From Bacteroidota bacterium (GTDB lineage: Bacteria; Bacteroidota; Bacteroidia; Bacteroidales; Cfx3-03), in contig JACAUB010000001.1 of NCBI GenBank assembly GCA_013390605.1, positions 1,148,233 through 1,212,232 on the forward strand: a DNA stretch of 64,000 nt, in the 5' to 3' direction. The position numbers and the translations under genes were made by a program. The notes beneath the pieces were generated by a model. The model did not search any database. It was not told the origin of the DNA and saw nothing but the letters and a program-made list of their open reading frames with translations. Below, piece by piece: positions 59,323-64,000 of this stretch (its first letter is position 1; each line of letters opens with the position of its first letter).

Positions 59323-59459
59323 TTTTTCTGTTGATTTTGATAAATGTAACTATTATTCTACATATACACCTCAACCTTTCATCAATATTGTCTGCCTGTC
59401 AAATTTTTTTTTAGCTTTAAATGTGATATTTATGTGAATATTTCCTCTGATCGCTACAT

Positions 59460-59831
59460 TTAGCTTTTTTGCAATGCTTTTTCATAGCATTCAATCAGGT
59501 CACGCAGTTTATTCTTAATTAATTCAATCGGAATATCTTCCAACGGGTTTATTTCGAGTGTTGAAACTCCATCTTTTTGTCGCTTCATATTTTCTTGCGG
59601 CATAGCCTTCTTGTCAACAACAAAGCCCAACAATATTTTCTTCTTGTTTATCCATAAAAAACTAATACTGAAATTTTTGTATCTAAAAAACGGAATTTGG
59701 TATTTTCTGAAATGCACAATTTGCGGATCAACCGACATGATGATTGATTTCAGGGCAAGTAAACAAGCTTTTGTTTCGTCGTTTTGCTTGTCGTAATAGT
59801 GTTCCAACGGATTTACCAATCGTGCGTCCAT
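59460..59831 (-). CDS. DUF1801 (YdhG-like) domain protein
   Basis: 123 aa. ACLLALKSIIMSVDPQIVHFRKYQIPFFRY fits the DUF1801 pattern. Its start abuts the tag stop. Confidence 0.7.
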   Translation of the reverse strand: MDARLVNPLEHYYDKQNDETKACLLALKSIIMSVDPQIVHFRKYQIPFFRYKNFSISFLWINKKKILLGFVVDKKAMPQENMKRQKDGVSTLEINPLEDIPIELIKNKLRDLIECYEKALQKS

Positions 59832-60380
59832 TTACTTTGTCAGCCACATAGGTTGGGTTTTAATAATTTTTTGGTGAACAGGGCAGTTTTCGTCGTGTGC
59901 TCCTTTCAAATAGCCGATGCTCATCAAAAATTCGTTGACAATTTCTCCACCGGTAAATTTGAAGGTCTTTTTTAAAAGTTTTACCCATTCTTCCTTCGTT
60001 TTAGGGTGGTGATGTTCTAGCCATTTTTCAAAACTACCATATTCTTTTTGAAACTGAAGAATCGTTTTTGCGTTTTCGATGGCTGCATTCACTTTCAGCT
60101 TATTGCGGATGATTCCAGCATCGTTAAGTAGGCGTTCGCGATCGCTTTCAGTATAGGCAGCGATTTTCTTGATATTAAAATTGTCGTAAGCCCGACGAAA
60201 GTTTTCTTCCTTTTTCAGGATGGTTTCCCAGCTTAGTCCCGCCTGATTGATCTCGAGAATCAACCGCCCGAACAGCTCATTATCATCGTGAATTGGGAAC
60301 CCGTAGTGGTTGTCGTGATAATTGGCGTGTAGACTTCGGCTCGGCTCAGTCATTAACGGAATGTAGGTGCAATAACTCAT
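59832..60380 (-). CDS. tag: DNA-3-methyladenine glycosylase I
   Basis: 182 aa with YHDNHYGFP, LFGRLILEINQAGLSWETILKK and a C-terminal Cys/His cluster (HDENCPVH). Confidence 0.9.
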   Translation of the reverse strand: MSYCTYIPLMTEPSRSLHANYHDNHYGFPIHDDNELFGRLILEINQAGLSWETILKKEENFRRAYDNFNIKKIAAYTESDRERLLNDAGIIRNKLKVNAAIENAKTILQFQKEYGSFEKWLEHHHPKTKEEWVKLLKKTFKFTGGEIVNEFLMSIGYLKGAHDENCPVHQKIIKTQPMWLTK

Positions 60381-60733
60381 ATCTTAGGTGTTAATTTGTT
60401 TTGTTTACAACTCGAATTTCTAATACAAAAGCATTGATGTTCAGTAAATCAAGATGTTTATCCGCGATGCGGAAAAGGAGAATTTATAAATATTGACCTA
60501 CAATACTTTATCTGCTAAGCGGAAAATTCTCCGTAGGAGATTTAGTGTTGTAGAAAATCAAGCCCCAAACATTACTTACCTCGTAGAGGTAAAATGATAA
60601 GCCTCAACATGAAAATTTTGAAGTATTAACTGGACACCAATGATACAAAAATAGGTAATTCTAACAAGACGGCTTTCTTGTTGGAACTGCATAAAACAGA
60701 AATATAAATTTTAGATTTTATTTCGGTGATTTT

Positions 60734-61123
60734 TCAATGCGGTATTGGCTCTACAAGAATTTCTTTTCCGGCTTTGTCGTAATAAGTACAAGTCAATACT
60801 TCGAGGCAAACTACCCATTTTTCGATGCCCGTTTCGGCACAATGGGCGCAAAACGTGAAATAATTGGTTTCGCCTTGTTGGTGTATTTTAAGATAATGGG
60901 CAAACTTTTCGTTGTCGCTTTGGTCGGCAATGGTCAGCTTTTCGTACTGCGGTTGCGAAGTTGTACTGAAATTGTTTTCGCCAAAATAAACAGTGTGGCT
61001 GTCGTTCACCCAGGTTTCAAAGGCGGTAACACCCATCTGCTTGATCTCCTGAATATACATTGGAAAGTCGGCTCCCGATTTTACCGCTTCGTGCGCTTTC
61101 TCAATTTGTTCTACTGTAAACAT
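60734..61123 (-). CDS. DUF1398 family protein
   Basis: 129 aa. MFTVEQIEKAHEAVKSGADFPMYIQEIKQMGV and YLKIHQQGETNYFTFCAHCAETGIEKWVV match DUF1398 as I remember it. Confidence 0.75.
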   Translation of the reverse strand: MFTVEQIEKAHEAVKSGADFPMYIQEIKQMGVTAFETWVNDSHTVYFGENNFSTTSQPQYEKLTIADQSDNEKFAHYLKIHQQGETNYFTFCAHCAETGIEKWVVCLEVLTCTYYDKAGKEILVEPIPH

Positions 61124-61216
61124 ACGTTTGAAATTTTAATGATTAATTGTTTCAGAATAGATTATATTGCAAAGATGCGAAGCGAAAAGCTCTTACGATT
61201 GTAAAAAATCGTTTTT

Positions 61217-61990
61217 CTACAAGAACCTCTTAAAGTTTTCAGGGGTATCGCTGGTGTATTGCTTGAAATCCTTGATAAAATGTGCCTGATCGAAAAAGTT
61301 ATTTTCGTAGCATCTCTCGGTGAGCGATTTGTTGTTGCCGAGGCTATTCAATACCGTATTAAACCGAACAATAGATGCAAACTTTTTTGGCGAGGTTCCT
61401 GCAATTTTCCGGAAACGTTTTTCAAATGGACTCTGACTGATGAAAAGCTTTTCGTTCAGCTCTTTTATCCGAATGGCTCCTTTGCTTTGGTAAATAAGTT
61501 TTACGGCTTCAACTATTAGTCTGTCTGATTCAATCTCCCTAAGTTGCGATATTAAAAAATGTTCGATGATTTTGATACGTTGCCCATCAGTATTGGTAAA
61601 CGAGAGTTTCTCTTCTACATCACGAATACAATATTTGTCAAAAACTTCTTCAAGCGAAATGCTTAAATTGAATAATTCATAGGAGGGAAGCGTGGCAAAA
61701 CTGGTGAACCCGGTTTCAGTAAAATAAACCAAAATAGTTCCGATATTTACAGAATTCCTGAACGTTTTGTAACCGTCAGTAATTCCGGTAATTCCGGCAG
61801 CGTGAAGGTTGGTGCTTGATTCATTGGTTATTGAGGTAAGCGAACCTTTATACTGAAAGCCAATAACGAGTCCGGTTGATGGAAAAACCTTGTATTGGTT
61901 TTCCAACATACTTTCTGACACAATATACTGTTTGATGTATGGTTTTAACCGTTCAGTAGGATAATATGTTTCGAATTTTACAGTCGTCAT
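61217..61990 (-). CDS. AraC family transcriptional regulator
   Basis: 257 aa. The N-terminal effector-type domain has KPYIKQYIVSES and the C-terminal HTH region has SQSPFEKRFRKIAGTSPKKF and FFDQAHFIKDFKQYTSDTPENF. Confidence 0.85.
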   Translation of the reverse strand: MTTVKFETYYPTERLKPYIKQYIVSESMLENQYKVFPSTGLVIGFQYKGSLTSITNESSTNLHAAGITGITDGYKTFRNSVNIGTILVYFTETGFTSFATLPSYELFNLSISLEEVFDKYCIRDVEEKLSFTNTDGQRIKIIEHFLISQLREIESDRLIVEAVKLIYQSKGAIRIKELNEKLFISQSPFEKRFRKIAGTSPKKFASIVRFNTVLNSLGNNKSLTERCYENNFFDQAHFIKDFKQYTSDTPENFKRFL

Positions 61991-62042
61991 TTCAGAAACT
62001 TGATTAAACCCCGCCCGAAATTCAAGCGGACTCTTATTGCTT

Positions 62043-62279
62043 TTACCTTAAACAACTACTGAACGATTGCGAGTGTTCAAAGCTCAGTTTATAAGCAATT
62101 TCGCTGAAGGATAAATCGCTGGTTGAGCGTTTTTCTTTGGCTTTTTCGATGGGCTTATTGTGAATATGTTGCTGGGAACTTTTGCCGATAAGCATTTTGA
62201 GTAAACTACTCAAGTAGTTGGCCGATATATTCAATTCATCGGCAATGTTTTGTACAGATGGTATGCCAATTCTTGCCAA
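62043..62279 (-). pseudogene. AraC-family HTH fragment, N-terminally truncated at the tRNA and frameshifted
   Basis: The ORF starts at a TTG and encodes only HTH helices (IADELNISANYLSSLLK...IAYKLSFEHSQSFS). The expected tail GKSNKSPLEFRAGFNQVSE is in another frame (62047..61991). No sensor domain is left between it and the tRNA. Confidence 0.6.
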
Positions 62280-62333
62280 ATCTCCAGAGAGGAGAAATGG
62301 TCTTCAAGAAGAGTTTCACGTCGTTCAAGTATT

Positions 62334-62409
62334 TGGTGATCCGCCTGGGATTCGAACCCAGGACCCCATCCTTAAAAGGGATGTGCTCTACCTGCTGAGC
62401 TAGCGAATC
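62334..62409 (-). tRNA. tRNA-Lys (anticodon UUU), CCA encoded
   Basis: Folded by hand. Acceptor GATTCGC/GCGGATC (one G-U pair), D arm GCTC-AGCAGGTA-GAGC, anticodon arm CATCC-CTTTTAA-GGATG, variable loop GGGTC, T arm CTGGG-TTCGAAT-CCCAG, discriminator A, then CCA. Total 76 nt. Confidence 0.9.
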
Positions 62410-62709
62410 ATCTCATTTGAGGGTGCAAAGGTACAAATTAAAAGGATATCTCAAAGAGAATGGATGATAATTTTTGGTTTTCTTTAATTTTTTATCAAAC
62501 TTGAAGAAATTAGAGTCTATATATGAGAAAAATTAATGTGATCAATATGTTGATTATTAAATTTATAAGTGTTTATAATTACTACTTTTGAATATTTTTT
62601 ATGCTACCTATTCGGTTTTCACTTTAAGCTTAGTAGATTATCCTGTAATATAAAATATATCAGTATGATAAATGAATCAGCATTTTTTTCAAAGATTATG
62701 GCATCGAAC

Positions 62710-64000
62710 TTATTTTAAATATAGAACAGCAGTAGCACTTTTTATTTTTTCAATACTCCTGTATATTAAACGGGTAAAGGTATTTTTATACATCAAATCT
62801 AGAGCCTCATTTATTTGAACTTGTAATTTTTTGAACGAACTCATACTTTGGTCAAGACTACTCAATTTATTACGGTGTTTCCATAACCGTTCATGTTCTG
62901 ACATTATTGTTGAGCAAAGCAATTTCATTTCTAATAATAAATGTTTATTCTCTTTATCTGATTGTTGAAGGTGATAATTGTTGTATTGTTTAAGCTCTGC
63001 TCCCAGACGGATCATCCGTATTGCATTCTTATATTCGGCAAGGATTAATGCGTTATCCTGTCTATGCATATCTGTTTGTAGGAGTTCTTTTTCGAGATTA
63101 TCTACAAAATGGATGATCGCTTTAGCATTATAAACTTTAGGATTGTTAAATCTATTGATTAATGTTGTTTTAAGTTCATCTTCAAACGGAAGTAATTCAA
63201 AAATACCACGTTGCATTTTTTTATTAATGGCATCGAGTATCGTTTTATCCATTATTCCGAATAGATAAGACATGCTTGTAGTTGTCATAGATAGCATTGG
63301 ATACTCTTCGAATTGATTGTAACGCCCCAACTCCATTATCAGGTTGCCCATCATTCCTTTGCTATCGTTAAAAACGGCCTTACTCAAATAATTGCCCAGT
63401 GCCAACCGCCTTTTACTGTCAAAGTTCCAGCTTAGCGCAGCTGCATATGCAAAACCTGCATAACTTACGGTGAGATATTGCAAATGTGGTGTATCACCCC
63501 AGTCAGTCATTAGGATTCCCGCTGCACCAAATTGAATACCACTACTAATAGCATTTTCAACATTACGCATCATATTATCAGTGCGGCCAGTAAAACTTGA
63601 CCAGGAACTGGTTCCAGGGCAAACCATATAGTGCAATCCCGCATTTTGATATTTAGCACAGATTTTATTAAAAGGTTGATCTGCTTCATATCTCCATTCT
63701 AGTAATGTTATGTTTTTTGGTATCATTGGAATGATTTCGGGACTCTTAGAAACTACATCGCCCCACATCATCATTTTCTTCCCCTTACTATTTACATAAT
63801 CATTGAGTTGTATAGCATAGTTGATGTAGATTTTTGTTATTTCTTTTGGGTCTTTAATCGGATGGTTTTTGTTTTTTCCCAATTCAAATGGTTCGTCAAG
63901 ATTTACATTAAATTGATTAGATTGAAAATTAGGCAGTAGATCATTGCTCATTTTTTTTACCAGTTCCAGACTTTTCGGATTGGTAGGCGATAGCGTGGTT
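62710..64000 (-). CDS. GH20-like hexosaminidase catalytic-domain protein; 5' end outside the window
   Basis: The track ORF starts at an internal Met (63951). The frame stays open to the window end (TTLSPTNPKSLELVKKMSND). FNVNLDEPFELG sits where GH20 has the catalytic D-E pair. MMMWGDV and ILMTDWGD are also present. The family call is moderately confident only. Confidence 0.6.
   Translation of the reverse strand, partial: TTLSPTNPKSLELVKKMSNDLLPNFQSNQFNVNLDEPFELGKNKNHPIKDPKEITKIYINYAIQLNDYVNSKGKKMMMWGDVVSKSPEIIPMIPKNITLLEWRYEADQPFNKICAKYQNAGLHYMVCPGTSSWSSFTGRTDNMMRNVENAISSGIQFGAAGILMTDWGDTPHLQYLTVSYAGFAYAAALSWNFDSKRRLALGNYLSKAVFNDSKGMMGNLIMELGRYNQFEEYPMLSMTTTSMSYLFGIMDKTILDAINKKMQRGIFELLPFEDELKTTLINRFNNPKVYNAKAIIHFVDNLEKELLQTDMHRQDNALILAEYKNAIRMIRLGAELKQYNNYHLQQSDKENKHLLLEMKLLCSTIMSEHERLWKHRNKLSSLDQSMSSFKKLQVQINEALDLMYKNTFTRLIYRSIEKIKSATAVLYLK

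Noticed and set aside
62218-62403. 61-aa plus-strand ORF
   Set aside because: It overlaps the tRNA-Lys gene and the AraC fragment on the opposite strand. Spurious.
55453-62409. Intact prophage or integrative element at tRNA-Lys
   Set aside because: No integrase, excisionase, phage structural, conjugation or replication genes are present, and I found no tRNA-derived direct repeat by eye. Only a decayed mosaic can be claimed.

Overview
This window looks like low-GC chromosomal DNA from a Bacteroidota-type organism, judged from AT-rich codon usage, many secreted glycoside hydrolases and LruC, LytTR and Gfo/Idh/MocA-type genes. No database search was possible, so every protein call rests on motifs I could read in the ORF-track translations. 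Gene content from left to right is as follows. A nucleotide-sugar block covers a phosphohexomutase (open at the window edge), rfbD, UDP-glucuronate decarboxylase and ugd. Next is a DUF1080 / DoxX / Tat-exported Gfo-Idh-MocA triad, then scattered CAZymes (GH29, GH47) and redox genes. A small lipoprotein gene is followed by a 1549-aa LruC-type surface protein carrying 13 tandem domains of about 82 aa. A TetR-led operon contains a deleted ester-cyclase pseudogene. A YncE-propeller/phosphoesterase fusion follows. A TolC-MacA-MacB efflux operon is followed by a LytTR two-component pair. An L-rhamnose locus comprises an AraC regulator, rhaA, an FGGY kinase, a tandem class II aldolase, a GH78 and an AraA-family isomerase. 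After a GH3 gene comes a decayed, compositionally mosaic segment that ends at tRNA-Lys(UUU). The best candidate for something new is the very AT-rich orphan gene at 57832..59322. Its 496-aa product is an internal duplication, and each half carries an R-x4-H-Y motif at the same relative position, which suggests a single-chain tandem HEPN-like RNase with no CRISPR array or partner gene. It has replaced most of an AraC gene. The second unexplained signal is three arrays of short core motifs (CGTAT, GATTAG, GGGTA) repeated at an exact 11-bp period, two of them with dyad symmetry, in otherwise gene-free intergenic DNA at about 10.85, 40.07 and 55.93 kb. I saw no CRISPR array, rRNA, integrase, transposase or reverse transcriptase.
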